Shown in pieces: positions 1 to 14,487 of a stretch of DNA of 56,564 nucleotides (positions are counted from its first letter, which is position 1; the number at the start of each line of letters is the position of its first letter). The DNA comes from Octopus bimaculoides. Its lineage: Eukaryota. The notes beneath the pieces were generated by a model that was not told where the DNA came from, made no database searches, and saw only the letters and a list, made by a program, of their open reading frames with translations. A program made the position numbers and the translations under genes. The stretch is taken from the NCBI RefSeq assembly GCF_001194135.2, contig NC_068983.1, forward strand, positions 95,792,323 through 95,848,886, given 5' to 3'.

Positions 1-19
1 CCCCCCCCCCAAAGAAAAG

Positions 20-78
20 CTCTACTTTGTAATTTGTCCATCTTCTGTATTTAGCCCTGTGTGGCTATAATAAAAAGA
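20..78 (+). mobile_element. 3' tail fragment of SINE family B
   Basis: ttgtccatcttctgtatttagccctgtgtggctataataaaaaga resembles the tail of the family-B copy at 28540-28601. Confidence 0.5.
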
Positions 79-131
79 TATCTATCTATCTATCTATTTC
101 TGCGTTCACCTTCATAATGCATCACGTTTTA

Positions 132-247
132 GGTGGCTTTGTAGTAAGAAGTTTGCTTCCCTACCACATGATTCCGCGTTCAGACCCACTGTGTGGCACC
201 TTGGGCATGTGTCTTCTGTTATAGTCTCTAGTTGACCAAACCCTTGC
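132..247 (+). mobile_element. SINE family A, tRNA-like head fragment
   Basis: A-box-like tggctttgtagtaag, B-box-like gcgttcagaccc, then gtggcaccttgggcatgtgtcttct as in the complete copies at 36206 and 16400-16962. Confidence 0.7.
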
Positions 248-340
248 AAAGGTAAATTCGACCTCGACAGAATTTGAACTCAGAACGTAGCGACAGACGA
301 AATATCGCTAAGCATTTCGTCGTGCGTGCTAACGACGAAG
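247..340 (-). mobile_element. SINE family B fragment
   Basis: Reverse complement reads gtcgttagcacgcacgacgaaatgcttagcgatatttcg...gaggtcgaatttaccttt, the family-B head/core. Confidence 0.7.
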
Positions 341-474
341 CACTAGCACTGTCTGTCTGTCTGTCTATTTCTGCGTTCACCTTCATAATGCATCACGTTT
401 TTGGTGGCTTTGTGGTAAGAAGTGTCACTGACGCTCAGTTTATCGACCCCCGAATCGACCTCCAGTGTTTCGTC

Positions 475-580
475 GTTAGCTCGCACGACGAAATGCTTGG
501 TGGTATTTCGCATGTCGCTCTATGTTCGGAATTCAAATTCCGCCAAGGTCGATTTTACCTTTCATCCTTTCGGGGTCGAT
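475..580 (+). mobile_element. SINE family B fragment, 3' end replaced by (AAC)n
   Basis: cgttagctcgcacgacgaaatgctt...ttcaaattccgccaaggtcgattttacctttcatcctttcggggtcgat. Confidence 0.75.
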
Positions 581-697
581 AACAACAACAACAACAACAA
601 CGACAGTAACAACAACAACAGCAACAACAACAACAACAGCAACAACAACAACAACGACAGCAACAGCAACAACAACAATAACAGCAGCAGCAGCAGC

Positions 698-731
<34 letters not shown>

Positions 732-732
732 G

Positions 733-763
<31 letters not shown>

Positions 764-773
764 AATAATAATA
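579..773. repeat. (AAC/AGC)n microsatellite ending in (AAT)n
   Basis: Direct reading; source of the poly-N/T/L/C pseudo-ORFs. Confidence 0.95.
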
Positions 774-1029
774 GCTCCGTGCTAAATAACAACGTGGACG
801 TACACTAAGAAGCTCTCTCCACAAAACAGACTCAATCCAATAACATCGGTGCTATTGACGGAAAACGTCGCAATACAACTGTGGGAAAAGTTCTGTTAAA
901 GCAGAGGAACTAAAATCTCGAAAGATTTTTGTTATATAAAGTGTAGTTTTTTTTTTCTTAAATGCGCGATATCACAATGCGACATACGCAAGAAGTCGAA
1001 ACCAGCACCAGGAGCCCTGGAAAAACACA

Positions 1030-3710
1030 CCAATTACACAAGAAGTACGTAAAATGAATAATTACCTATACATGCAACTGTCCATGCATCCATGCGCACA
1101 TGTTGATATTTATAAGCAACATAAAAACAAGGTATTCAAGACGAATGCCAATAAATTTTATAAGGAAATTGGCAAAAGTGAGATAGAAGTAAAGGAGCCA
1201 CCTAAGACTGAGGAAATGGAAAAGTTCTCGGAGAAGATGTGGAGCAACAAAAAAGAATAGAATGCTGAAGGTGACTGGATAGAGCATGGGAAAGTGAGAC
1301 TGGAGGAAATTGAAGAGCAGAAACGGGAGGCAACGGAAATAGAAAAGCTATGTTCTTAGGCAGTCTCACAAATGGAAAACCCCAAGGCTGGACAGGATTC
1401 CTAACTTCTGGCTGAATTGTTTGACAGAAGTACACCAAAATTTCGTTGTATCTCTAACTGATGTTATCCAGAACCCAAAGCAAATACCTGCTTGGCTGAC
1501 CGAAGGAACAACAGACCTTCTACCAATAACTGAAGACACGAAAGATCCAAAGAACTACCGACCATTAACATGTCTGAATACCATCTACAAGATTCTCACA
1601 TCTATACTAACTGAAAGAATTTACACTTTCCTTGGACAGAACTCTATCTTTCACAAGCTCAAAGAGGTTGTGAAAGGAATTCTTATGGGTGCAAAGATCA
1701 ATTACTAATAAATTAAATGATTGTCGAGAATTGCAGGAGCAACAAGAAGAACCTGAGTATAGCATGGATAGACTACAGGAAAACATTTGATAGTGTCCCA
1801 CATAATTGGCTACTCAAGGCCCTTGAGATATATAAGATCTCTCCTGTAGTCTCAAAATTCGTACAAAGTAGCATGGCCAAGTGGAACGCACGTCTCCTTT
1901 TAAACCATAGTAATGGGATGAGCCAATCTAACATCAACATCAAACGAGGCAGCTTACAAGGTGACTCCCTCTCCCAATTACTCTCTTGCATGGCCCTGAT
2001 CCCACTCTCAAACGAATTGAATAACACCAGATATGAGTTCAAAGTTTATAATACGACAATAAACTATGTTTTATATGGACGATCTTAAGCTGTTTGCTTG
2101 AAGTAACGAAGAGCTAGTAGAGCTGCTAACAATTGTTAGAGAGTTCAACAATGACATCGGATGGATTTTGGCCTTCATAAGTGTGCTAAAGCAACTTTTG
2201 TAAGAGGTAAGCTCAAGCAAACAGCTTCCATTAAATTAGATACCGACGCTATCATCAAAGAGCTTGACCCACAAGAAAGTTATAAATACCTGGGGATAGA
2301 CGATGGAGATATGCTACTATGAATGATAAAAAAAAAGAAAGGAGTATTACAGGAGAATAAGACTCATACAAAAACTGAACTCAACTCCAAAAATCGCATC
2401 GAAGCCATTAACACCCTGACACTTCCAGAAGTCCAAAATAGTTTTACAGAGCTCTAACGCCTGGACATAAAGACAAAAAAAAACTATTAACATATAAGAA
2501 CAAGCAACACCCAAAAGCAGACGTTGATCGTCTGTACCTACATAGAAGTAATGTGAGAAGAGGAATGATGCAGGTAGAATTGCGCTGTAAGATCTCCACA
2601 ATAGCAATGAAGAGATACTTATCTAGTACAGAGGACTGGATACTGTGGCTTGTGTGCAAGCACGAAAGCAGCAAAAGATAACATTCTATTGTCAAGGATG
2701 CTTGAAAATTCGCAAGGGAACTTGGCATTAACTCTAAATTAGATGAAGAACCTGAAACCACTGCCACAAAACAAGGAAAACGGATCAAGCACACTGCAAA
2801 AAAGAACGGGCAGAAACAAATTGAGCCAGAACCCTCTGCGTGGACAGTGTATCCTTCGAAGTCGAAATGCGGATGTAGATGAAGCAACAACCCATCAAAG
2901 ACTGAGAAGTTCAGGACTGAAAGCAGACTAAAGGTTTCAAGTTGGCAGCACAAGATAAAAGCTTGCCCACAAAATCTACCAGGCTAACGTTCTTCAAAGC
3001 TGTTCTGACGCTAAATGCAGATTCAGTGAAATATTTGACGAAACAATAGAGCATTTCATCTTGGGATGTCCTGTGCTGATACCAAACGAATAAAAAAATT
3101 GCCACGATAGGGTAGGACAGTATTTACATTGGAAAATATGTAAACGCTACAAACTCCTGCTGACTGGTATGAACATCATCCTGAACCAGTCGTTGAAGGT
3201 AAAAATGTCTTGGATTTTCCAGTCAAGACTGCCAGAATGATCCAGATTAATCGACCAGACATAATTATTAAAGACAGGGAAGAAAATACTTGTAGACTAA
3301 TAGATGTAAGTGCTCCCATCTGTAAAGAAATCTGACAAATTAAGTAAATATATGGACCTGGAAACTGAAATACAAAAGATCTAGCATAAAGCGAGAACTG
3401 TTTCTGTTATTGTAGGTGCACTAGGTATGATAAAAAAGGGATGTGAGAAACATATAGATAAGATCCCAGGCGAACCATGTCTCAGAGAAATCCAAAGGAT
3501 TGTACTGACAGGTACTGCCCACACCCTTAGAGAAACCTTATCTATTTAAATGTATGTATTGTACTACATGAAAATATTTCGCTACAGCACCTGCCACTTA
3601 TCCTCCCCAAGCTTTCAGGCATACTGTAACATCACTTATCCTTCACTCGCCCTAGGACGCTGGGTGTGTCTCGACAAGTGATTGTAACAAACAAGCAGAA
3701 CAAAATAACG
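1030..3710 (+). mobile_element. Decayed R4/Dong-clade non-LTR retrotransposon (RT + CCHC + restriction-like endonuclease), TAA group
   Basis: Frameshifted peptides: KFYKEIG, PAWLTEGTT..PKNYRPLTCLNTIYK, IAWIDYRKTFDSVPH, LQGDSLS, YMDDLKL (2072-2092), CR..ETIEH..GCPVL..HDRVGQYLHWKIC, RPDIIIKD (3252), GTAHTLRETLSI* (stop 3547-3549), then 3'UTR and (TAA)n. May begin as early as ~774, right after (AAT)n. Confidence 0.9.
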
Positions 3711-3725
3711 ATGATGATGATGATG

Positions 3726-3813
<88 letters not shown>
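3711..3813. repeat. (ATG)n(TAA)n array
   Basis: Direct reading. Confidence 0.95.
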
Positions 3814-3815
<2 letters not shown>

Positions 3816-4030
3816 GTGCAAAAAATCGTGTTAACTGGAACGACTCATGTACTGAGAAGAGCATTATCGCTGTGAAAATAACATCCATTATTGAATTTTT
3901 AATTTAATTTAATTTTTTTAAAAATACATATTTTACCTGTGAATTTGCGTGTGTAAACTGGGAATGCATACAACGAGTTTCTCTGCCCTAGGTGTACGGA
4001 AAACACTCGGCGAGAAATGGAGGAAAATTT
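3814..4030 (+). mobile_element. Very short 3' tip of a second R4/Dong subfamily
   Basis: VQKIVLTGTTHVLRRALSL* plus 3'UTR with gccctaggtgtacggaaaacactcggc; (TAA)n on both sides. Confidence 0.75.
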
Positions 4031-4061
4031 GAAGAAAGAAGAAAAGAAGAAGAACAACAAC

Positions 4062-4127
<66 letters not shown>
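4062..4127. repeat. (TAA)n array
   Basis: Direct reading. Confidence 0.95.
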
Positions 4128-4130
<3 letters not shown>

Positions 4131-5394
4131 GAGCTCAATGCTAAAAACAAGATAATGGGTATCAACACTTTAGCTGTCCCAGTTATAAGCTACNNNNNNN
4201 NNNNNNNNNNNNNNNNNNNNNNNNNNNNNNNNNNNNNNNNNNNNNNNNNNNNNNNNNNNNNNNNNNNNNNNNNNNNNNNNNNNNNNNNNNNNNNNNNNNN
4301 NNNNNNNNNNNNNNNNNNNNNNNNNNNNNNNNNNNNNNNNNNNNNNNNNNNNNNNNNNNNNNNNNNNNNNNNNNNNNNNNNNNNNNNNNNNNNNNNNNNN
4401 NNNNNNNNNNNNNNNNNNNNNNNNNNNNNNNNNNNNNNNNNNNNNNNNNNNNNNNNNNNNNNNNNNNNNNNNNNNNNNNNNNNNNNNNNNNNNNNNNNNN
4501 NNNNNNNNNNNNNNNNNNNNNNNNNNNNNNNNNNNNNNNNNNNNNNNNNNNNNNNNNNNNNNNNNNNNNNNNNNNNNNNNNNNNNNNNNNNNNNNNNNNN
4601 NNNNNNNNNNNNNNNNNNNNNNNNNNNNNNNNNNNNNNNNNNNNNNNNNNNNNNNNNNNNNNNNNNNNNNNNNNNNNNNNNNNNNNNNNNNNNNNNNNNN
4701 NNNNNNNNNNNNNNNNNNNNNNNNNNNNNNNNNNNNNNNNNNNNNNNNNNNNNNNNNNNNNNNNNNNNNNNNNNNNNNNNNNNNNNNNNNNNNNNNNNNN
4801 NNNNNNNNNNNNNNNNNNNNNNNNNNNNNNNNNNNNNNNNNNNNNNNNNNNNNNNNNNNNNNNNNNNNNNNNNNNNNNNNNNNNNNNNNNNNNNNNNNNN
4901 NNNNNNNNNNNNNNNNNNNNNNNNNNNNNNNNNNNNNNNNNNNNNNNNNNNNNNNNNNNNNNNNNNNNNNNNNNNNNNNNNNNNNNNNNNNNNNNNNNNN
5001 NNNNNNNNNNNNNNNNNNNNNNNNNNNNNNNNNNNNNNNNNNNNNNNNNNNNNNNNNNNNNNNNNNNNNNNNNNNNNNNNNNNNNNNNNNNNNNNNNNNN
5101 NNNNNNNNNNNNNNNNNNNNNNNNNNNNNCTAAAAACAGAAACAATTCCTATCATAGTAGGTGCCTTAGGTATAATAAAAAAATATTCAGACAAATACAT
5201 AACAAAAACACCAGGACTTACAAATATATATAACATACAGAAAATTGCACTACTGGGTACTGCACACATTCTACGCAAAACACTTTCAATACAGTAAACA
5301 TAAGAGCACCACAGCAAACCACAGCACATACCCAAGGCGCACAGAGCTGCGCTCGGTAGTGAAGTGAAAGCACGTTATAAAAATAAAACTACTG
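4128..5394 (+). mobile_element. 5'-truncated R4/Dong copy (third TAA-group subfamily) spanning an N gap
   Basis: TELNAKNKIMGINTLAVPVISY before the gap; LKTETIPIIVGALG..LGTAHILRKTLSIQ* after it; 3'UTR also present at 22075-22171. Confidence 0.85.
4194..5149. other. Assembly gap (one of ~20 N runs, most bordered by microsatellites)
   Basis: Runs of N; nothing can be inferred inside them. Confidence 0.99.
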
Positions 5395-5452
5395 AATAAT
5401 AATAATAATAATAATAATGATAATAATAATAATAATAACAATAATAATAATA
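5395..5452. repeat. (TAA)n array
   Basis: Direct reading. Confidence 0.95.
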
Positions 5453-5762
5453 GATGCAATACCAGGTAGTGGCTCTCATGGCTTCTGATCTTAACTGATT
5501 GAAAGTGTTATCATGTACATACTTTGTCTTGGTATAAAAGATGAGCTACAGCAAATATACGGGTCAATACCACAGATTTGCTTGTCAATTGTTTGACTTT
5601 GACCAGTTGAGCCTGTCCCTTAGTGGCTGACGCTATGTATATCTCTGACCGGGAGTAGAAGTAGTGGAAGAGCATCATAACCATGTATTGAGAGGAATTC
5701 TTTGGGGTTTTTAATAATTCACCTCTCGAAACATGGGCGTTTTGCTCATCATCCTTAAACAA
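5452..5762 (+). mobile_element. Partial copy of a ~530-bp TAA-flanked non-coding element
   Basis: gtggctctcatggcttctgatcttaactgatt..gtcttggtataaaagatg..cacagatttgcttgtca matches 22260-22410; starts directly after (TAA)n. Confidence 0.75.
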
Positions 5763-5814
5763 ACTGGTACTTATCAAAAGCATGTGTTAAAATGTGATCA
5801 GATTGTTGTGCTGA

Positions 5815-6050
5815 ACATTAGCTCATTCTCGCCGTCAAATCGGCGTTGTTTGACCCCGTGCACGGTGTACCACGCGTCAGGTGCCGCATGTTAGCTCACT
5901 CTCTCCATCAAATCGACATTGCCCGAACAGGTTCACGGTGTGCCATGCGTCAGGTGTCGAAGTGATCGCAGAGCAAGGGAAGATAATGTGTTTTTCTCAA
6001 GAATACATGCACTAGCCGGTCTAGGAATTGAAACCATGATCTGACGATCG
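5815..6050 (-). mobile_element. SINE (family C-like head) with an internal ~73-bp tandem duplication
   Basis: Minus strand has ggtttcaattcctagaccgg (B-box-like) and ttgagaaaaacacattat; duplicated unit 5818-5890 / 5891-5963. Confidence 0.55.
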
Positions 6051-6391
6051 CGCGGTCATGCGTCAATGATGATGATGATGATGAAAGAAAACGGAATTCA
6101 TGAATAGTTTTAATTGACAAGTTCTTAAACTTGTTTAAATCATATTGGGCTGTACACGTCCATGGGATGTACGTGTGTATGTGGACGAAACAAAAATTGA
6201 GAAATTGGTTTTCAAGAGACTGCAAAAAAAGGAAAGGAAAAAGAGAGAACGACAACGTACAACATGAATGTATCTGATAGATCTGATGAAAACTAGAGAT
6301 GAGACAAACAGACAAGCAATGTCTCAGTTGATTGATAGGCATGAATGTATGTATACATCAACACACACAATACATGTATGTGAACACGCGA

Positions 6392-6393
<2 letters not shown>

Positions 6394-6431
<38 letters not shown>

Positions 6432-6452
6432 GTGCATGCACACATACATACA

Positions 6453-6482
<30 letters not shown>
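6394..6482. repeat. (CA)n(CATA)n array
   Basis: Direct reading. Confidence 0.95.
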
Positions 6483-9210
<2,728 letters not shown>

Positions 9211-9924
9211 TCATCAAAATTCATTCCCTGTTCACGGTTGTTCTTGTAGTTGTCTACAATAGAAACTGAAACTGAATATAAATGACAACGATATGATTCG
9301 TAGGTGACGTCATGGATGATGTAACTCCCTAGCTAAATTGATAATATTTATATTTAGCACCCCACAAAAAAAGACCACTCGACTCATTATTTTGATCATA
9401 AAATTATATCCAGACCATGACCACACACAACTGATTAACATAAGACCATAGTTAGAAAAAAAGACATAAGGCTGATTAGCATAACATCATACATAGATGT
9501 TCTCCAGCCTCAACTCCACGAGCATGCTGTCCCCTCATGATGCATATTCTATCGCTACTATAATGGTCTATGTTCATTGGAACCGATTGGCTTTGGTGTC
9601 TTAGAGGGTCTGTGAAGTTGACAGACTTGTAGTTTTCAAGCTTTTCATGTCCGAGACAGAGCCAAGACCTGGGTTTTTATGGGGAATGGGGCGCACCAAG
9701 AAATAAAAGGCAAGTCAATTAAAGAAACATATTTATAGAGGAAAAACTATCGAGGGTTGCATGCAGCCCTAGAAGCGTGGTTGAGGACTGATGGCAAAGA
9801 CGGTGCTCCTGCCTTCTTTCACATCGCGTGAATAAGTTTGTATGTATATACATATAGATATAGACAGATTTATCACTAGCCACTATACATTCTATTTTTT
9901 TCACTCCTTGTTTCTTTCTGTGTT

Positions 9925-9960
9925 CCTTTCTGTGGAAGAGCGTAGGCTCGAAACGTTAAA
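9925..9960 (+). ncRNA. Degenerate minimal hammerhead-ribozyme-like motif of the Penelope pLTR type
   Basis: ctgtgga-a-gagc(gtag)gctc-gaaa-cgtta: CUGANGA-like core with one non-canonical base, perfect 4-bp stem II, GAAA and palindromic aacgtt; stem I only ~2 bp. Confidence 0.4.
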
Positions 9961-9962
9961 CG

Positions 9963-10061
<99 letters not shown>

Positions 10062-10748
10062 AGTATGTGCACAAACACATACACACACACATACACAAAT
10101 GTATGTATGTATGTACGTACGGATGCATTATCACGCGAAGTTGCAAGATTTTCTAGTGTCATCTGTTCTTTCACTTTTCCTGTTTTACCAATTTTGGTTT
10201 TGCATATCACTTTCTGTCTCTAATGTCCATCTCTAGTAACTATCGCTTTCTATCCTCTTCTATTTCTATGTCTCTCCTCGCCTCTCTCAATTTCTCCCTG
10301 TATCGAACCCTTTCTCTCTTCCTGCTTCCATCGTTTCTCTATTTACATCAATAACTAATATTTTGTTTCGTAATAGACCAACGAGCGTTTGCCTTATCAG
10401 TTTTCAACATTAAACGGCTTTTTTTCATCATATTTTACCCAATTTTAACAGGTAAATGAAACGTTTATTTATGTATTTATTTGAAATATGTTTCGTTTCT
10501 ATCATTTACTCACCAACCCAATCTTCACCGTCTATTATTGCATCTTATTTCCTCTGCATTTGGTGAAATGTTGCCCACTTTCCATTTAGCAGACGATAAA
10601 TAACTGATCGTTCAATCATTAATAGTAAAACAATACAACAAAATATATCGAAGAGAAGAACACAAAGTAAAAGAAGTGAAAGAAGAATACAAAGTAAAAG
10701 ATAGACAACCACAATTACGAAACAACTACTATACATTACACACGTGTG

Positions 10749-10780
<32 letters not shown>

Positions 10781-10945
10781 TGTATGTATGTATGTATGAA
10801 TGAGTGTATGAATTACGTATGCATGTATCTATACATACACACGCGCATGCACATACACACATATGCACATGCATATATGGACACAGACTGAGAAATAGAT
10901 AGATAAATGGACAGACAGACAGAAATAAATAAATAAATAAAGAAT

Positions 10946-10981
<36 letters not shown>

Positions 10982-11090
10982 TAATTATACACAAAATACA
11001 CTCACGTATAAGTATAAATGAGTGTATATGTTATACGTGCATGCGTATTGTTATTTATATAAGTGCATGTGTGTATCTATCTATCCATCC

Positions 11091-11132
<42 letters not shown>

Positions 11133-11247
11133 TTATTTATCTATCTATCTATCTATCTACATATATATATATATATATTATATTATATTATATTATATTA
11201 TATTATATATTATATTATATTATATTATATTATATTANNNNNNNNNN

Positions 11248-11278
<31 letters not shown>

Positions 11279-11949
11279 TATATTGGCTGACTTGCAACCT
11301 GTTGGGTCGAACAGCCTTTCAAAGAAGACACGTTTATCATTGGCAGTACTGTCCCGCTGACAACAGCATTTAACGGGTCTTTTTCCTTGACCCCCTACTT
11401 TGGAAAGTGAAGGTATACGTTTGCACATGCTTATTGCAGTGCGGCAATAAGCTGCTAGATTAATTGCAGGTACTGTCGACCAGCCTGGTCGATCTGTCAT
11501 TGACATCTGTCTGCAGTAAGTGATCGATGGCAAACGACACACAAACACAATGCTAGCCGACAGTATGTTTCACCTTAAATCACTGGATATTCGTCTCAAT
11601 CATGCTACCTTCTCTTTTTCTTCTTTTATAGCTTCATTCAATGCGAACTGAGCCAATAATTGCACTTCGAAACTTAGCGCTTTCTCATATTACATAGCCA
11701 TCCATCTCTTTGGTGGATACGCACGTGTACGTATACATACGTGCGAGCATGCATACAAACATTAAAATGTTCGCAAGACAATACACACGCACACATATAC
11801 ATCATACAAATATACATACATATATGTACGTATGTATGTATATATGTATGTATGCATGCACGTATATGAGAACGAACATATGCATATAAATGAGTGTATA
11901 TATTCTTATATGCATATATATATGGATATATGTATATATATATATATGC

Positions 11950-11989
<40 letters not shown>

Positions 11990-12233
11990 TTGTGTGTATG
12001 TATGTATGCACACGCGCCAGCTAATATACATACGGACAGAGATATACGCGCACACATTTGTGAGCACGGTTTTACGAATATGTTTTACGCCTCGATATAT
12101 CAAATTAAATAAGCTTTAGATCGAAGTATGCATAATTGATTGTAGGCGGATATTTATAAACGCATACGCACACACATATACATGCATACGTAAATACATG
12201 CATACATACATACATTTATATATGCATTCATCC

Positions 12234-12265
<32 letters not shown>

Positions 12266-12469
12266 TTAAAAAAAATAACGTCGACCACTAACGTGGACAA
12301 TTAATGCGCTAGAAATAGAACACATCTTGTGTCTATTAAGACCTAAATTGTTCTCAACATGAAATATAGCAACATACCAAAAACGTGAGCGGGCAAGACA
12401 TTTAAAATCACCTAAAAAAGCAGATAGATAGATAGATAGATACATACATACATACATACATACATATAG

Positions 12470-13793
12470 GGAAGTTGAATAGTTCTGTCACAATAGAATA
12501 CTCGACGGAAAGCCTTCGTTTCTCTGCCAACCATGCTCGGTTATGCTTGCAGCAAACTTCAGAGTGGCTCTAACATAGATCACTTGAGTCGCTTTATCTT
12601 GGCTCAACAATAGAAAATTTGTAGTCACTCCGAAAGAAATGATTTTGAATCTTAGGGACAGGAAATAACAACTATAACAACAAATGGCTGTGGCACAAAA
12701 GGTGTAAGGAAGCAGGTAAAACATCCAGATGTAAGAATCGATGCAAACTGTATGGAATTATCACTGAACATGCATCCCACACCATAAAGCAGTTCTCAGA
12801 ATATGTCACCACAAGATTATCTACATATGACGAAGTAAGTCTCGGTTTAAACACTTTATATAAACCTAAGAAAGCACAGTCTTAAAGATGGGAATACAAG
12901 AAGGGACAGTGATGTGGAGGATATAGACTCACCACTGAATACTAGTATAAAGTTGTTGTTAATGCCTCTCTACAATATGGACATTATGTACAAAACATTG
13001 ATGTGGTATAGAGGAGTGCTACCCAAAGTGGTGTTCTGCAGACCGGTGCCGGTACGCGGCGAGTTTCCAGAAAAGAATGAATCATTATAAAATGCTTATT
13101 AAATGCTTATATAATGCTTATGTAATGTTGTATTATTTGTTTACAAAATAAATATAAGATAAAAAAAATTGTGAACTTTTATTATATTCATTATATATAT
13201 TGTTTCTGGTATAACTTAATATTACTAAGAAATATTACTGGTACCCGGCACATTGGGGCGGGGGGAATAAAACTACCGGTATGCCACATCAGATAGTTTG
13301 AGAAGCATTGGTGTAGACTGAAGAAAGCGTGCTCTGTAACAATTGTCCAGTTATAATGTTAAAGATAAAATGAAAAATAATCATCCATTCCAAAATAAGG
13401 AGTAACATGAAGATACAACAGCCTGACGAAAGTTTAGATTTATACCAGTAATTATTGGAGTAGATGGAAAATCGAAGGAAAAGAGGATATCTATGGACAA
13501 CTGCTTCGAAACTTCCAGCTTCTGTATCCAGACTATGAATTCATATTCATACCAATAATAATTGGATCACTAGGTTTTGTTAGTAAATGTTTAAAGGAAA
13601 ATCTGGATAAACTGGGATTTTCAGAAAGAGAAGTGCAATCTGTGAGTGGGACAGTAAAAATATGCAAGACTTTTCTCAAGTTCCAAATGTGAATTTGTCT
13701 GTGTTAACTACATCCCAAAGATGGGGCCTTGTCTCTTTGTTGGAAACCGGCTCCCTCTGCAGTGGAAGATTTATAATTAAGACATAGAAGAGG
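12470..13793 (+). mobile_element. Highly decayed 3' R4/Dong fragment, CATA group, interrupted by a hAT MITE
   Basis: HKRCKEAGKTSRCKNRCKL, FIPVIIG, GTVKICKTFLKFQM* (~13694); (CATA)n at 12443-12465 and 13794-13950. Confidence 0.7.
13014..13310. mobile_element. hAT (Charlie-like) MITE
   Basis: TIRs gagtgctacccaaagt / rc caatgcttctcaaact; 8-bp TSD gtatagag / gtgtagac (6/8, NTNTAGAN type). Confidence 0.7.
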
Positions 13794-14487
13794 CATACGC
13801 ATATACATACACACACACGCATACATACATTCAGACATACATACATACACACATACATACATACACACACATATATACATACATACATACCTACATACAT
13901 ATAAACATACATATACGCATATACATACATACATACATACATACATACATGGTGGTTGTCAATTTATAGACGAACATAACCCTTGCTGATAAATGATCTT
14001 ATCCTGGAGGTTAATGACAAATAGTTGTCAGCAATGCCCTGCCGACTCTTAAATCCGATAACATATTGTACAACATCGCTAAGACTCTAATTTCAAAAGC
14101 ATCTCCAAGTGAGATGTCTAAACAAAGACTTGGGGTCTCTCAGCCACATCTGTAGGATAGGCATTGATTCAATTGTGTTCATCCATCCTTTGACAGATTT
14201 TGTTTTCCGTCCTGCATGGTACCCAACCAAAAACATGCTCTTTGCAAGTAGGTTCGATAGGTTTGCTTGTTTAGTTCACCGACAGCTCGACCATGCGACA
14301 AGTTGTACTCAGTAGCACTAAGTATGACCTGACATGACATCCATCCATCCATCATCCATCCATCCATCCGCCCATCCATCCATCCATACATGCATACATG
14401 CATACATACATACAACAATACATACATACATACATACATACATACAAACATACATACTTACATACATACATACATACATACATAAAA

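Noticed and set aside
422-824. Poly-N/T/C/L ORFs, and all similar YI/HT/CV/YLSI-repeat ORFs across the window
   Set aside because: Translations of microsatellites; no splice or codon evidence
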